Source of the DNA: Nitrosopumilus sp.
GTDB taxonomy: Archaea; Thermoproteota; Nitrososphaeria; Nitrososphaerales; Nitrosopumilaceae
NCBI GenBank assembly: GCA_965205425.1
Contig: CBDBGZ010000004.1
Span: 1-64,000, forward strand
Reading direction: 5' to 3'
Length of the DNA: 64,000 nucleotides
Shown here: piece after piece, positions 63,094 to 64,000 of the stretch
Layout: every line of letters starts with the position of its first letter
How positions within the stretch are numbered: position 1 is the first letter of the stretch
Program-made: the position numbers and the translations under genes
Notes under the pieces: generated by a model
The model's input: the letters and a program-made list of their open reading frames with translations, nothing else
Databases searched by the model: none
Told to the model about the DNA's origin: nothing

Positions 63094-63642
63094 CTATATT
63101 CGTAAAATCTTGAATTTATTTGAACCCCCAACATTGCTAAATTTTGCAATCTCAAAAATAATCTTTGAAAAAGTATTGTTATTTTTTGATAATATGAAGG
63201 ACTTCTTCTCTATTGGTATTTTTTCAGATAATACTATCCAGATGTTCTCTTTTTCTGATTGAACATTTTCCATTTGCTCAACTTTTTTATTGATTTCTGA
63301 TATGTTTGATGATTTTGGAATGCATATCAACAATGTTTTTTTTGGATCTTTTTCTAATGTTTTAATGTCTGGAATTACAATATCTAATTCGTTTCCATTG
63401 TATTCTATTTTTCTTTGACTAGTTATCAGTGCATTTGTTAGTAAATAGTGTAATATTCCTGTAGCTAAAATTCCTACTGATTCATTTTTTTCTCCCATTG
63501 TCAAAATTTTTTCATAACAATTGTCTATTATTTCTTCAATAATTTGATCAAATTTCTTCTCAGTAATTAATTTTGGAATCGTTTCTGAATTTTTAATATA
63601 TTTGAACAAGTTTTCTTTTATTGGATTTATCTCATCTTCCAT
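63094..63642 (-). CDS. Hypothetical protein
   Basis: 182-aa ORF. Confidence 0.7.
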   Translation of the reverse strand: MEDEINPIKENLFKYIKNSETIPKLITEKKFDQIIEEIIDNCYEKILTMGEKNESVGILATGILHYLLTNALITSQRKIEYNGNELDIVIPDIKTLEKDPKKTLLICIPKSSNISEINKKVEQMENVQSEKENIWIVLSEKIPIEKKSFILSKNNNTFSKIIFEIAKFSNVGGSNKFKILRI

Positions 63643-63702
63643 AATTCATGAAATAAAGTATGTCTTTTAAGTTAAATTATTTTTAGATTGTTTTAAAAAC
63701 TA

Positions 63703-63833
63703 TAGCGAAAAGATAAAGTTCGTGAACTAAATAATTTCAAAAAACTAGGAATCAGTTGATCTTGCCTATAGGTAAATACGAATAAACAAATTGAAACACC
63801 TAAAAATAACTCACGAACTTATGCTTCTCGCTA
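63703..63833 (+). mobile_element. 131-bp MITE, copy 4 (diverged subfamily)
   Basis: Same IRs and length, TA flanks, internal substitutions. Confidence 0.88.
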
Positions 63834-63853
63834 TAGATTGTATTTTTCTAATC

Positions 63854-64000
63854 ATGGTTATTCGTGGAGATTTAATTGAAGTAATTAATGATAATGATAT
63901 TTCTGAGATAAAAACTGAAGAAATTGATAATGTGGATGTCATTCCATGGAAATTTAATGGTGATGAGCCTATCCCAATAGAAATTTTTTCACTATATTCT
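63854..64000 (+). CDS. Partial ORF running off the window
   Basis: MVIRGDLIEV... open to the end. Confidence 0.5.
   Translation, partial: MVIRGDLIEVINDNDISEIKTEEIDNVDVIPWKFNGDEPIPIEIFSLYS

Overview
AT-rich archaeal chromosome segment, most likely a Nitrosopumilus-like ammonia-oxidising thaumarchaeon (NAD kinase-wHTH fusion, eS25, Rpo6, type II GAPDH, CdvB/ESCRT-III paralog, cupredoxin, bioABDF). Intact core-gene blocks (17.9-22.1, 23.7-31.4, 34.6-40.7, 55.8-63.6 kb) alternate with regions crowded by about 25 insertion sequences or IS fragments. These come from IS110, IS630, IS1595, IS5, IS481, IS66 and an IS982/IS4-like family, plus a 131-bp IS630-derived MITE in 4 copies. Many insertions can be removed on paper (TSDs visible) to restore host genes, including a secreted S1 serine protease, its downstream partner, a SAM methyltransferase and small zinc-finger proteins. 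Two accessory islands (about 9.3-17.8 and 40.8-49.8 kb) carry secreted proteins with shared leader/pro-modules and different C-termini. The most unusual items are: (i) a non-canonical tRNA-like gene (46564-46648) with an adjacent degenerate inverted copy complementary to its anticodon arm; (ii) the modular secreted-protein family; (iii) three mosaic ParB-HTH-RHH paralogs at island borders; (iv) a candidate structured RNA near 44.4-44.5 kb. All calls are by eye from the sequence; no searches were run.
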